A stretch of 64,000 nucleotides of DNA. It comes from Piromyces finnis finn (Eukaryota > Fungi > Neocallimastigomycota). The notes beneath the pieces were generated by a model that ran no database searches, had not been told where the DNA came from, and was given only the letters and a program-made list of their open reading frames with translations. Positions 37,868 to 53,585 of the stretch are shown here, one piece after another; within the stretch, counting starts at the first letter, position 1, and the number at the start of each line of letters is the position of its first letter. The translations under genes were made by a program, and so were the position numbers. The stretch covers positions 372,001-436,000 of the forward strand of contig MCFH01000025.1 in NCBI GenBank assembly GCA_002104945.1. The letters run 5' to 3'.

Positions 37868-40217
37868 GCTATATTAATTTTTATAAAAAAAAATAATATT
37901 AATATTATTTTTATATATTTAATAACATGTTAAACTTACAATTATTCCATAAAAAAAATATTTTATTATTATGAATATTAAATAATAAATTATGTTTAAA
38001 TTATATATATTAGAATAAACATTATTAATTATCAAAAGATTAGAATTTCAATGTTATTCAATATATTTTCTTTATTTATATATTTGTTTTTTATTTATTT
38101 TAATTTTTATTTATTGTTTCTAATTTACATTTATTTGCATATTAGTATTCAGCATATTTTACAATATTATTAATTAATTAACTCATTAATCCTAATTCAA
38201 CATAAATATAATTACATAGTTACCTTCAATTTTTTTTTTTTTTTTTTGTTAAAAAGAATAAAAAATATTTTAAAATTTTTAATAATTATTTACCTATACG
38301 AAAATATCTACAATTAATTTATATATAGTATATAATAAATATACTATTAATATATATTGATATATAATAGGAGGATTATTATATATATTTTTAATTTATT
38401 TTTCATATATTTAATATTAAATTCCAATATAATCAACTACAATTGTATTTGTTTTATTTGTTTGTATCTAAACTACAAATAAAATTTTTGTAATTAACTT
38501 TATTTAATAATAAAATCAAATTATAATTAAATAAAAAAAAGGAGGAAAGAAACGTTTTAAAAGAAGTTATAAAATATTGCCATAAAAATAAAAAGCAATA
38601 TCCTAATGACTAGTAAGTATTAAAAAATAAAAATAAAGTAAAATAAAATAACAATTAAATATTATACATTTAAAAAAAAATAGTACACCTGTAAGAACCT
38701 CTTTGATATATTATTTCAAAATTTAATAAAATTTTAATATAATATTCAAAAATAGTTAAAAATAACAAGATGATAATAATATAACGATAATTATTATTAT
38801 TAAATTAAATAATTTGTATTAACATTGGCATTAAGGATATTCAAATAAATATATAAAATATTTATATAAAAATATTTAAAACTAAAAAATTGTTCACTAA
38901 AAAAAAATAACATTCCTATCACATTCATCATACATTATTGATAGAATTTAATGTACCATTAATATTTATAAAATAATATAAACCATTACATTAATTACAT
39001 TAAATAACACCACCATCACCACTACACTCTTATTCCTATTTTAAAGCATCAATAATGATAATGAAACGAAAATCATATTACCGAAAATTAGCTCTTTTTT
39101 AAATACTATTGAATTAATAAAAAAAAATTAATAATGGATTTGCAACCAATCATGTTATGTAATAGCAATATCAAAAAAAGATAATGAATTTTAATGAGAA
39201 TTATAATTATTATCAATTAGTTGAAATATGTATTACTATATATCACAATACATTACATTAATTTATTTAATATATTGCATTGTATATTATTTAATTATAA
39301 GATTTTATGTTACACGAATGAAAAAGAGCATTGATGTATAAATTAGTTATTAATTTTGGATGAAAAGAAACTATTTTAGTCTATAGACTTTGACACTTTT
39401 TAAATTTAAATGTGAATAATTCCGCAAAGGCAATCATAGTATTCTATAGCAATAATTTTATATATGCGTAAAAAGGAAAAAAAAATATTTTAAAAATAAA
39501 ATAATTTAAACTTAAAAAGGTCAACAATCTGTTTTTATATATGCATATTAATATTTTTTTAATATTAATATTGCAAATTAGCATATAATGATAAAAAAAA
39601 TATTTATATATATAAAAAATACAATAAAAACTGAAAAATAAATATGTTTCTTGGTTAATATAAGTATAACACATCGGTGTTTTACAATAATCTTATTTAA
39701 GAAAATGTGCAATTGTTTGGTTTGTGGATGTATAAAAGAATGGCTAATGATTATATAATAATTCCAAAAATATATAATACTAATAAATGAAAAGAACCTA
39801 AAAAATTATATATTTATATAATATATATGGTAATTTCATTATTATCATTTTTATAAAAACGAATTTTATATAACAAGTATAAAGTAAAGCAATCTAAATC
39901 CTAAAAGTTAAGATTTTAATACTTGTATGGATCATTAATCAAAACATTTTTTAATATAAAATATTTATTTAATAAAAAATAATAAATATATTAAAAGAAT
40001 TAAATAGGGGTTAGGAATTATTTATTTGTTTGTTTATTTATTTATTTATTTATTTACTTATTTACTTATTTATTTATTTATTTATTTTAAACTTAATGAA
40101 AATTGTAACACTAAATACATATATTGTACATATTCAAAAAAATAATGTATTTATGTATATTTTAATTTATTTTCTATTTTTCTTTTAAGTTTTTTTATTT
40201 TAAGAAATAATAAGAAA

Positions 40218-42053
40218 ATGATTTCAACAAATTCATTCAGTAAAGTCAGTAGAGGTACTCAAAAAAATTTAAATAATATTAATGCCTCTATTAAAGAAGG
40301 AAAATATTATGAAGCACATCAAATGCTTCATTCTGTATCTCAAAGGTAATATTTAATTAATCTTATTGTACTAAATTTATAAACAGATTTCAAAAAAATT
40401 ATTTCAATTTTATTAATTTTTCCTTTTTTTTTTCTTTCAAAAAAATAAAATAAACCAAAAAAAAAAAAAAAAGAAAAAAAGAAAGAGAGAAAGAAAAATT
40501 ATATTTATTATTAAACTTATTACTAACTTTTTTTTTATTTTTATTAATAATAACATTATATTTTTGGATTAATTAAATTTTTCAATAACTAAACAAATTT
40601 ATAAAAAAAAATAATAAATAAATAAGATATGTAAAACAAAGAAAAATCAATGATGCTATTCATTTATTACATAATGGAGCTAAGTCCTTATTAAATTATG
40701 ATCAAGAGGGAAGTGCTTATGATTTATTTAAAAGATTAATTAATATATATAACAATGAATCTGTTATGGTCACTGAAGAATCAGTTGGTAAATAATTTAA
40801 TTATTATAATATTGATATCCAGAAGCAATATAAATGTTCTAAATAAATAATAATAACCAACTTAAATTATAATTTCTCTTTAATATATATGTATTTTAAA
40901 TATTTTAGGAAGATTAATTGATATCTTAAATTCATTCAAATCTATTAATAATTTTACAGAAGATGCAATGAAATTATCAATTGCGTATATATCATTAATG
41001 ATTAATAATTAATAACATCTTAAAAATAGTAATAATATTACAAATAATAACATTTAACTTTATTTTTTATCAAATAAAAATGTTAGTTGGTCAATTAAAT
41101 TCGGTAACACTCAATTTGGAGATCAAAGCATTCATCATGCTTATGGTTTAAAATGTCTTAAAGGTATATATTTTTTAAATCTCTAGTATTTATTTTTTAT
41201 AAATAATTTAAAATTAATTATCTATTATTAATTATATTAATTATATAATAGAAAAAAAATTCTATAACGCTGAAATGCACTTTGTATTTGGTAATCTTGA
41301 TAGCGCTAAAGCTTTAGGTATTATGGATTATCAATGGTCAACTGAAGGTTACACTAGTGATTATGGTCACTTCATTGCCAGAGCTATTTTACAGTAATAT
41401 ATTAATATATTAAAAAAAATAATTTTTTATTATTAAATCAAAAAAATTAAAAAAGATAAATTGTTGTTATTTTTTCACTTAACTTAAATATTAATATTCT
41501 ATTTATTTTTCTTTTTAAAAATAATAATAACAAAAAAAAAAAAAAAGATATTTAGCTATTAAAAAACTTTCTAATGCCCGTACTTGTTTATCAAGTTTCT
41601 GTGAAAAAATAAAAGCAAACAAACCTGATTGTATTATACACAATACCAACAATGTAGATTTATATTCTTCTTCTTTATTAAATTATTGTCAAGTATTAAT
41701 TTTAATAATAGAAAGAGAAAATACTATTGAACAATATCAACAACTTAATCAAAAATACGAAGAAACTCTATATAAAGCTGACCCATTTTTAACTGAAGTA
41801 ATTGAAAATATATATTATAATTATAATTACTTATTACAATTCACATATAATTATATAGTCATATTAATCTTGTTTTTGGTTTTATTTTTTAAAAAAAAAA
41901 AAAAAAATAAAGTTGGTTGAACATATTTCTGAAATTTTCTTTAATATCAGAAAGCAAAAGCCACATAATATGTTTGAAGATTTAATTAACAGTTTCTTTG
42001 GACCAGCACCAAGTAATAACGCCTTAACTTCTGAAAATAACGCCTTAGATTAA
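40218..42053 (+). CDS. GET4: Golgi to ER traffic protein 4, multi-exon
   Basis: EGKYYEAHQMLHSVSQRY, WSIKFG...GDQSIHH, AEMHFVFG, FIARAILQYLAI, LLNYCQVL; C-terminus NMFEDLINSFFG...LD*. Confidence 0.9.
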
Positions 42054-43386
42054 AAAGAAGAAGAAGAAAATTGCTATAAAATATAAAAATATTAAAAGAG
42101 AATATGTAATGACTTATGAAAATGTTCTTGTAAAAAAAAATAAATAAAAAAATCAAATAAGCATACTAATTTTTATATGAATTAATTGTATTATTATATT
42201 AATAATATTATAGAGAATATTTTTATTTATTATTTTATTTATTATATTTATTATATTTATTATATATATTTAATTATAAATGTTTGTTGTGTTGTCGCTG
42301 TTGTTTTTGGCAGTATTTCCTAGAAAATAGAATATCAATTTTAATTTTAATAATTGTTCATAATTTATATTGTGGCAAAATATTTTATTTTATTACTAAA
42401 CCTTATTTATGTATTATTGAAACAAGCCACAATTTTTTATTATTTATTTTTTGTTATTTTTTTTTTTTTTTTTTTTTTTTTATTAGAAACTTATAATCTA
42501 ATAAAAAAAATTAAAAAAAAAAAAAAAAAAGAAGAAAAAAGAACAAATAAATAATAAAAGTATTGTATTCAAATAGTAATGTTTAATTGTTAACATTTTT
42601 TGCTTAATTTTGCTTAATAAGAGAGGGAAAAAAAAAAAAAAAAGTTCTTGCATCATTAAATTATCAAATTTCAATTTTTTTAAAATTTATTAATTTATTA
42701 AGGTGAATTAAAATTCTATTATATCTGAAGTTCTAACAAGAGAAATAATAAAATTATATTTTATTTTATCATAATTACCCTTACTCCAATAAGGGAATAA
42801 AAAGCAATATTACAAGAAGTTAGTATTCATATGGATAAACTTCGAGGTTAAAAATAAAAAAAAAAAAAAAAAATAAAATAAAATAAAATAAAATAAAATA
42901 AAAAAAGTAAAAATGTATATTTTATTTTTCATTAAACGTATTTATTTGTATGAATTTTTGAAATAAAATATATGTTTTTTAATTTTGTTTTTAAACTTGT
43001 TTTAATTTCAAGAAATTGTATTTTTTTTTTTTTTTTTTATTTTATTTTATTACTATTATTAATATTAATTATGAAAAATGAATTATAATTTTAATTAAAA
43101 TTGTTTTAAGTTATAAAAGTGTTTAATGAAATTATTATTGTTGTTGTTATTAAAACATAAATTTAATAGATTAACAGAACTATCTTAATATAATATGTAT
43201 TTTTTATTTTTTATTTTTTTTTTTTTTTTAATATTAATAAATAACACAAATAACTAATAATCAATTACCATCTATATACATTATATATAAATTTTTATTT
43301 TATCACTATTTTTGAACAAACCAATAGCGTCTTCATTTTCTTTCATATATAATTCTTTTGTTTGTTTGTTCTGTAAATTATTCAAA

Positions 43387-44051
43387 ATGTTTGGAAATAA
43401 TATGTCAAATAATATATCAATGACACAAGAAAAAGATAGTGTTATGTCTGATGGTAATAAACCAAAAGGACCAAGAGGAAGAGGTCCAAATAAATTCAAT
43501 GGACATACATCAAATAACAGACCTATTTCTGAAAGATTAGGTTCAAAACCTGGTTTAAAAAGTAGAATGAAAGATAGAAAAGGTGGATTCCAAGGAAAAG
43601 ACGATAAAAAAAATAAGTTGTAAGTTTGTTCAAAATAGTTTCTAAAGCTCGAATTTAACATATTTTTTTATTAAATCCATCTATCCACTACATATAAATT
43701 TTTAAACAGAAATCTATACAAAAATAATGGCAAACCAAATTTTAAAGATTTTCATAAATCAGTACATGAAAGAGTGATTGTATGTTAAACTGTTTTTATA
43801 ACAATATTATAAAATAATCTCTGTAAATTATATTTAAAATATTATATTATTTAGAAATTCAATTAATTTTTTTCAATAAAATTAAAATAATTTAATAATC
43901 TAAAAAAGGCATCAAATGCTATTGGTGATATAGGAGAATTACAACAATTAATAAAAAAAAAATCTAAAAGACCAATCAAGATTTTAAAGGTATTGGGAAA
44001 AAAAAATAATAAAAAGGAATTACCAGATTATAAATTTTAAAAAATAAAAAA

Positions 44052-44082
<31 letters not shown>

Positions 44083-46900
44083 CATTCTATTAAATTAAAT
44101 AGGCTGAAAGAAAAAATGATAGTATTATTAGTTTCTTAGTAGAAAATAAAGGACATGCAAAAGCTTTATTAGAACTATCAGGAATTAGATTTAATGGAAA
44201 TACTGTAACATTTGCAATTCAAAATAGAAAAGGCATTACCACAGCTTCTGACATTAAGAATTCAATATCTATTATTGAAAATTTAAAGCATTTAATAATG
44301 GGACGTTACAATCCAGAAAATCAATACTTAAATTTAGAAAATATAAATAATGATCCAGCTTTAGGTGATAAAAGAGGTTTAGTAGATTTAAATAAATCTG
44401 AAAAATTAGGACAAGTTATCTGTAAACTTATTAAGGAAAACTTTCCAGATGTAATTATATATATATATGCATACTAATACTAATTATGAATCACAACATT
44501 AAATAGCAATAATAATTTGTTTTTATTAATCTATTAATCTATATATTATATATTGATTACAATTTACATTTATGTTAAATTAATTACATCATGGAAATAA
44601 AGGTTAAAACAATATCATTTGCTAATAATAATTTAAGAAATTTAAGAGCATTAAGTAAGTTGCATCAATGGCTACCAGATGTTATGAATTTATCCTTTCA
44701 AAATAATCAATTAGCTACCTTAAGAGATATAGAACCAATAAATGGTGATAAATTTACAGGCCTTCGTGAATTAGTTATTTCAGAAAATCCTGTTAAAGAT
44801 AAAGAAATGCAAAAATTCGGAAATTTTGAAAATCTTAAAAGGTAAAATTCCTGGTATTTTTTTTTTTAAGATTATTTTTTTTTTTAAAAAAATAGTTATA
44901 AATATTCATATATATTCAGAAAAGTAGTAAATGTAAAAATAATATTTAATAATAATATTTAATAATAATATTTAATAACAATAATAATGTTATGTAATTT
45001 TTATTATTATTATTATTATTTATATTTATATTTATATTTTTATAGTCAAATAAAATCAATGTTCCCATCTTTGTTAATTTTAGATAATGAAGAATTACCA
45101 GAAGGTATATCGTTTGATGTTGGAAAAAACATAAATTCAAAAACTTTACCATTACAAATTATGTCATCGTTTGTTGATTCTGATGTCACTGCAAACACTA
45201 TACAAGACTTCATAGTAAAGTAAGTATAAAATATGAATTGTATATAGCATATAATAATAATAATATATTAAATATAAAAAATTCATTAATAATATAAATA
45301 TTAATATCTTTTTTTTTTTTATTTTATTTTAATAATTGGAATATAAAGATACTTTACATTATTTGATACTAATCGTGTTGGATTATTGGATTTATATGAT
45401 GACAATGCTTTATTCTCATTAAGTATTAACAATAATATTCCTTCATGGAGAAAACGTTTTGAAAGAGGAAATATGTCAAATTGGAAAGCTTATGATCGTA
45501 ACTTTAAGTCTACTAGACAATGTAATATATTATTATTTTAATTGTTTTTTAATAGCATAAATTTAGATAAAATGTTGAATGATATTTAAAACTTTTATAA
45601 TAATGTACTAATAATAATTTTAATTATATTTCATTTAAAAATAAAATATTCTGGTAAATTAGCACTTCGTGACAATTTATTAAGTAAAGGTAAAAATGCC
45701 ATTATTCAAACTATAGCCAAATTACCATCAACGAAGCATCCATTAGAAGACAATTCAAAATTTATTATTGATTCATGGCAAATTAATGTTGCACCACAAC
45801 AAATTTTGATATATCTTAATATAAGTGGTGAATTTAAAGAAGGTAATGAAAAATATTCAATTTGAAAAGATCAATATATATAAGCAATCATATGGAAGTA
45901 TATTTAAGATTAATAAAAAAAATACTTATATATTTTTAAAAAATATCACTTTTCTTTCAATAAAAATAGTTGATGTAAAATTAAATAAGTCATTCAGTAG
46001 AACCTTCTTAATAGCACCATCACAGCCACAATCAAAGTAAATTATAAAAGTTTAAAAAACTGTATAAAAATGATAATTAATAACAATACTTAAATTAACT
46101 TGGATTATAACATCATAATATAATATATATTCATCTTTTTATATTTTTATATTAATAAAAATTTATAGTGCTGCAAATGCAGGATGGGCCTATACTATAT
46201 TTAATGATCAAATGACAGTTCGTCCATGGTCAGGAAATAAATCCTTCGATAAAGCTAAGGCTAATCCAATTCAAATTGATATTAGTGGTTCAGCTAAGAT
46301 GCTTAATAATAATAATAATAATAGCAATACATCCAATGTATTTAATGCTGCTGCACAACTTAATACAAATATTCCTGTATCAAATGGACCTCTTGAATTT
46401 ACCCCATTACAACTTCAAGAACAAGAACAACTTCGTATACAGCATGGATTGGTAAATATATTAAATATAACGCATCATTTATTTATTCTTTTTAAATATA
46501 AATTCACTGTTATTTATATACACTTCATTAATTAATGAATTAAATATAAATTTTCTCATAATATAATATGTATATAGAATGAAATACAGCATCAACAAGT
46601 ACAAGAACTATCACGTCAAACTCGTTTAACCTATTTATACAGTATACAATGTTTAAATGAATTCCAATGGAATTTTGCTTCTGCTTTGGAAGGTTATCAA
46701 AAAGTAAAGGTAAATATTTCAAAAATAATAATAATAATAATAATAATAAAACAAAATAAAGAGTTAATATAGAAATGATTTTTAATTCAAAATGAAAAAA
46801 AAAATTAACATAAACATTTTTATCTTTTTTAAAAATTTATTCAATTTATATTATAAAATATATACAGAACCAAGTTCCACCAGATGGCTATTATCATTAA
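43387..46900 (+). CDS. MEX67: mRNA export factor Mex67/NXF1 (RG-rich N-terminus, LRR, NTF2-like, TAP-C), multi-exon
   Basis: LRR ISFANNNLRNL..LSFQNNQL..LRELVISENPV; NTF2-like FIVKYFTLFDTNRVGLLDLYDDNALFSLS and SRTFLIAP; TAP-C QVQELSRQTRLTYLYSIQCLNEFQWNF. Confidence 0.9.
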
Positions 46901-47758
46901 ATAATAATCAGTTTTTGATAAATATAAATTACCATTATATTTTTTATATATTAATATTTTTAATGATTAATGATCTTTAAAACTACCTTAAAGCTATATT
47001 AAATTATACATTAAACATAATTAATAGTAGTAATTAATGACATATCTATATTCTATTCTATATATCTTTTTATTTTTATTTATTTATTCACTATTTTTTC
47101 TTTTTTAAAAAAAGTATATATTCTTTTATATATATAGTTGAACATTTATTATATATATATATTTTTCATTTTTTTATAAAAAGAAAAGTAATTCTTAATA
47201 ATAAAAAATAATATATATATAAAACAAATCATAGAAAATAAAATATAATTATAATAACAAAAATACTTTCATTTAATAAAATGTTTATTTTCAAGGCGTC
47301 ATCAAATTTTAAATAGTAGGATTTAGATGTTAAATCTTCATATATTTATGTATTTTTTCCATAAATTGGGTTTTATTAAGAATTGTCACGTTTTAATACT
47401 AATTATTGATTGGTATTATTTTTATTAGACCAATAAAAATAAATTAAAATACAATCAACTATTTTGATATAGCATATTTAAAATTTTTAAGATTTGCTCT
47501 TTAAAAAATTATAAAAGGAATCAAGGTTTGGCATTATTTTAATCTACTAACAATGTCACACAGATGCATTAGAGTCTCAATCTATATGCTAAAAAAATTA
47601 GTTATGATAACGTTGTGCTCAAGTGTCTGTAATATAGACCTTAGCTAGTGAATACTGGTTGTATTCTAATAATTATTTATTATTTTAATATATTGTATTT
47701 GTTAGCTTAAATTACATATTAAATAGTTTATAATCTTATTGAAATTAAAAATTAAATT

Positions 47759-47797
<39 letters not shown>

Positions 47798-50700
47798 TTT
47801 GAGTAATTGATTAATTTGTTTGTTTTAATTTAACCCTTTAAATAATAATATTAATATAGTATAGTTTATTTTACATATTATATAGTTTAAATAAACATCA
47901 TTTGTTATAAAAATATAAATGAATTAGTTTAGAGATTTTTTTATTATTAATATCTATATAATTAGATAGTTAACGTATTTTATATTTTATTATTTAATTA
48001 TTGCCTATATCAATAAGATATATTTTTTATAGTGTAGATAATAATTAATATAGGTAAATAAATATTATGTATTAATTTTAATTTATTTTTAAAATCATAA
48101 CCCTTTGGTGTTTAAAGGATTAGGATATTTAAATTCAACAAGGTTAAATTTATTTTTAATCTTTTATTATATATATAGTGTTGAAAATACTTCTTTTTAA
48201 ATGTAGAAAATTGATTAAGTAATAAATAAAATATATAATTTCTTAATAATTAATATAATTTATATTTAATATATATATATAATCTTATACTCTAAAAAGT
48301 GTAATTCAATTTTTAATAGTATAATACAGTTGTATTAAAAATCACCATTCTTTAAAGCATATTTTATTACATGAAATAATAATTATTTAAACTATTAATT
48401 TAACATTTTTGTTCTTAAAAGGAAAAGAAATATTTATATCCTTTATTATTTTTTAAAAAAAAAATAATATTATAAAAATTATTATATAAAGTAAGAATTA
48501 TATTTTATTATTAAAATAACTGTAATAAAGTAAAAACTAAAATTTGAAAATTATATAATAATAAAATATAAAATAATTATGTTGACAAATATATAGAATA
48601 TAGAATTTATAATTATTGATGTTGTAATTATTATTATTTATGTTGTAGTACTATCTATTCAGTTGTCATAATTTGTATAATAAATGTAATAAATGATAAA
48701 GTATAATACAATATTTAAGAGTTCAATATATATATATGCATTATAAAATATAAAATATAAATTTTTAAATAAAAGTTATATATATATTTACTTTATTAAC
48801 ATCATAATTTTTATAATATTATTACATATAATTATTTTTAGTATGTTAAAAGATTGAAAGCTTTATGATCCATTATATAGTTAAAAAATTTTCATAATCA
48901 TTAAACTTATCTATAGGTAATAATATAATAAAATATAGTTTATAAATGCCCTATATATGTATCGATACCATACTTAAATTAATAATTGTTTTTTATATAT
49001 AATAAGATTTATTTAAAAATAATTATCTTTATATATATAGAGTTTTGATTTTTCTTACTTTTTAATCCATAATTTATATAATTTATTAAATAAAATTATA
49101 ATTAGAATATATTATTTTACAAATGCAATAATGTTATAATTATATGATTTTTATTTTTATTTATATATAGTTATTTTTAGTTTAAACTCTTTTTTAATAT
49201 AAATTATAATTATTATAAAAAATAAAATATAAAATATTATTTTAAAAATAATTATATAGTATAATAAAAATAATCATTTATATTCAAATACTACTACTAC
49301 TAGTAATAAAAAATAATAATAATAATAATAATTATATTTTATATGTATTTTTATTATATATTTCTTAAATTATAATAATTATAATTATACTTATTATTCT
49401 TATTAATAAAATAATTTAGGAAAATTTTTTTTAATATTATTTTTTCTTGTATTATTATTAATAAAAAAAAAAAAAAAAAGAAACTTGAAGATGATTAATA
49501 ATTTGATTTAATATTATTTTTGAAATTATTTTATGACATTATAATTGCGGGAAGATTATTTATCATAATATTGTTGAATCTATTTTTACAATTCATACAT
49601 AACATAATAAATAATCATTTAAATTATAAAATTAAAAATAAATATTTTCAATATTATAAAGATATTATAAAACATCACAATTAAAGATAGGCGATAAAAT
49701 AAGAAACAAACAAACAAACAAAACAAAGAAGTAATAAAAAAATTGAAGAGAAAGTAAAGAGTGATATATTATATAACACATATCAAAATACTTTGGATAT
49801 TAAAATAGAATTATTTTTTAAATAGACAACTTTTCGAGTACTGTAATAATATCAAAATATAAATATAAATGAGGAAATAAAAATAATTCAAAAAAAAAAG
49901 TCCCAATATATATAAGAAATAATATCTATTAGATATATAAAATATTTTAAAGAAAAGGTGATTACTTTATTAATATTAAGTAATAATAAATAAAAAATAA
50001 AAATATATAAATATACAAAGAAAATGAAAAAGAATTATTTAAAATAATATTAAATATTTATTTTTAAATTGAATTTAAAAATGAATTATAAAAGTTTTTT
50101 TAACATAAATTTATAAAAATATTATAAATTATAACAATGTTCATTAATAAATTATAAAAATATAATACTAATAACGCTTTCTTATTTATTATATTAAATA
50201 ATATATTATTATTAAAAACTTCATATTTTTCAAAAATAAAAAATTATTTTATAAAAATAACAATATAATATAACACATAATAATATAATTCATTAAAAAT
50301 AAAATCGACCATTTAAAAATAATAAATGAATGATTAAACATATAAATAATATATACATATAAATAATATAAATAACACAAACAACAACAATATGATACAA
50401 TATTTAATGAAAATACCCAAATATTATTAATAAATATTGAACATAACAACGAATGTGATTATGGAAAATATTAAAATAAATATTCCTATATGAATATTAA
50501 TATAATACAATTAAAATAAATATAATTATATGTATGTATAACGTTTTTTTCTTCTATTTATTATTATTATTATTCTATCAATAATAGGCACTTTATTAAT
50601 ATTAAAATAACCATTAATTTTAGTGTTATATTATATCTTTTAAAGTATTTTGAAAGGATAAAAAAAGAAGATATTATTTTTTATTTTCTTTTTTCTTCCT

Positions 50701-51547
50701 TTTTTTTCACTTCTTTTTTTTTTTTTTTTTTTTTTTAATTATTTGTTATTGTTTGTTTGTTATATATTATATATAAAACCTACAATTAATAAATATTATT
50801 CCAGAATCTTTTTTGTTTTTATTCTTCCTAAAAAGAAGCTTCTTCTTTTTTTTTATATTTACACAAAGTTTAATTTAATATAAATTAAAAGTGCTAATAT
50901 TACTAAAAAAGGAAATATAAACAAGTTTTATTGTAAAAAAAAAAAAAAACCAAATAATATTCCTTACTTGGATGATATTATTAAGATAAAACAATTTTGA
51001 TATAAAGAGAGCTATACGGAAAATATTTTTGTAAATATACAGTAATAAAAAAAAAAGAAGAAGAAGGAAAAAAAAGAAACAAAGAGAAACCATTTATATA
51101 TAATATAAAGTGTAAAAATAGAAGTTTTATAAATATTATATTATAAAAAAGGAAAAGAAAATAAGATAAAAAAAAAAAAAACAGGTATTGAAAAAGTTTT
51201 TTTTTTTTTTCTTCTTTATATAAGAATATTAATATTAATGATATAATTATATAAAAGTTATTTAATTATTAATTAATTATGTATATATGTCTATTTTATT
51301 ATAATCTTATATAATTTCATAATTATATTCACTCAAAAACAACAACAATAACAAACATGCAACATATTAGTAATAGATAATATTTCTTTTAAAAATACTA
51401 TTATAAATTATATTAGACTTTATTTATTTTAATTACATATCTTTTTCATTAGAATATTTAGAATATTTAGTACTTGTTAGATACAGTTTAATATTTTAAT
51501 TTTACATATTATTACATTGTAATTATAGTCAGTTTCTTTTCTTTCTT

Positions 51548-51596
<49 letters not shown>

Positions 51597-51786
51597 TATT
51601 TTTCTTCTTCTTATCTTTTTCTTTGTTTTTTTAATAACGATAAAGTAAAAATAATATTATTGTATTTTTGTAAATTATATATTTTCATTTTTACTTTATT
51701 TAATACCATTACCTTTTAAGAACTTTCATTTTTTTTTTTCATTTTTACTTTTTTATTTTTTTTTGATATGAACAATATAATATACA

Positions 51787-53585
51787 ATGGGTGCATGTAT
51801 GAGTAAAAATTCTTATTCTCAAACAAAAGAAGAAATAAAAATTCATAAAGAAATAGAAAGAAAAATTCAAGCAGAAAGAAAAGTATATGAAAAGGAAAAA
51901 ATAGATAATAATAAACTACTTCTATTAGGTAAATATATTAAATAATATTATTTAAAACACAATAATTATAACAATAATAAATAAATAAATAATAAAATAA
52001 AAAAATAGGTCCTGCGGAGTCAGGAAAGTCAACATTACTTAGACAACTAAAGTTTATATATGCCAAAGGTTTAACGTCGGAAGAACGAGCAAGCTATCGG
52101 TCTCCTATATTACGAAATCTAATAGAAAGTATGCTTTCATTGTTGGAAGCTATAAATCGATTTAATCTAAAAATAGAAGATGAAGAAAATCAAGTAAATA
52201 TTTTTTTAAATACTATACTAATATATATAATATACATCAATATTATAATAATTACCTTTCAAATTTATAAAAATTATTAAAAAAAATTAACAATAAAATA
52301 AAAATAGGAATATGCAAAATATATTAAAGATAATGCAGTTGTAGTTTTACAAAATTATGAAAAAGAATTTAAAATTCCTAAAGATTTTGCAGATAAGATA
52401 AAAAAGGTGTGGGAGACTGAAAATGCAATACAATTAGCTTATGCAAGAAGAAATGAATTTAATTTAAGTATGTATTAAAAAAAATTAAAATAATTTATAA
52501 CTAATTAAATATAATATTAATTTTTTTTTTTTATATATATAAACAGTTGATTCAGCAAAATAGTAAATATATTAAATATTATTATTAAAATGATAAAAAA
52601 TATCAAAAGAATAATCAGTTATTAATATTATTATTTCTATAGTTATTTAGATGTTGTAGATAGAATATGTGTTGATGATTATGTCCCTACAGATCAAGAT
52701 ATATTGCAAGTGCGTATAGTAACGACGGAAATTTCCGAGACAAAAGTAACAATTAATAGAGTAACATATAGTGTATATGATGTCGGTGGTCAAACTGGTT
52801 ACAGAAAAAGATGGGTAAGTAAAAAAAAATTTTTTAAATACTTTAAAGAATTAGACTATAAGCTATTACTTAAATAAATAAAATAATTTTTTAATTAATA
52901 ATTTATTAAAATTATTATTATTTTTATAGATACCTTATTTTGATGATTCAAGAGCTATTATATTCATGGTAGCTATTAGTTCTTATGATCAGATGCTTGT
53001 AGAAGATTCAACTATAAAGTAAGTTTTTTTTTTTTTATTTTCATTTTCGGATCTTATTTTTATAAATTAATAATATGAATTGAATAATCTAAATAATAAA
53101 ACTATTTATAATAAAATATAATAGTCGTATGGATGATGCTCTTCATTTGTTTGATGAAATCTGTAATAATGATATATTTAAGAAAACGGCAATTATGCTG
53201 TTTTTAAGTAAAATTGATATCTTTCGGGAAAAAATTAAAACATCAAGTATTTCAACATATTTTCCAAGTTTCAAAGGTATTAATAATAATAATAAGGCTA
53301 ATAAATATATAAATATATAATTATAATTGTAATTATTATATAATATTGAAGTTAAAAAAATATGATATTAATTATACCTATAATCATAATTAAAAAGGTG
53401 GTTCAGATTATACAGCTGCTACTACATATTTTGGAAGAAAGTTTATTAAATTAAATAGAGATCCTGATAAACAAATTTATACACATTTAACATGGGCTAC
53501 TGATACAAATCAAGTAAAAGTTGTCATGGCAGCTGTAGCAGATATTATAAGAAGATTTAATTTAAGAACTGCAGGACTAATGTGA
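51787..53585 (+). CDS. Heterotrimeric G-protein alpha subunit with divergent motifs, multi-exon
   Basis: MGACMS (myristoylation/palmitoylation-type N-terminus), KLLLLGPAESGKSTL, DQDILQVRIVTTEI, DVGGQ, LFLSKIDIF, THLTWATDT, ending LRTAGLM*. Confidence 0.95.

Noticed and set aside
42015-42050. Small aataacgcctta duplication at the GET4 C-terminus
   Set aside because: A trivial local duplication in a disordered tail.
48000-51700. Hydrophobic F/I/Y/L-rich short ORFs in intergenic DNA (e.g. 50249, 50875; likewise 39444, 42284, 53763, 54492, 58200)
   Set aside because: Composition reflects A/T homopolymers; no motifs or consistent splice structure.
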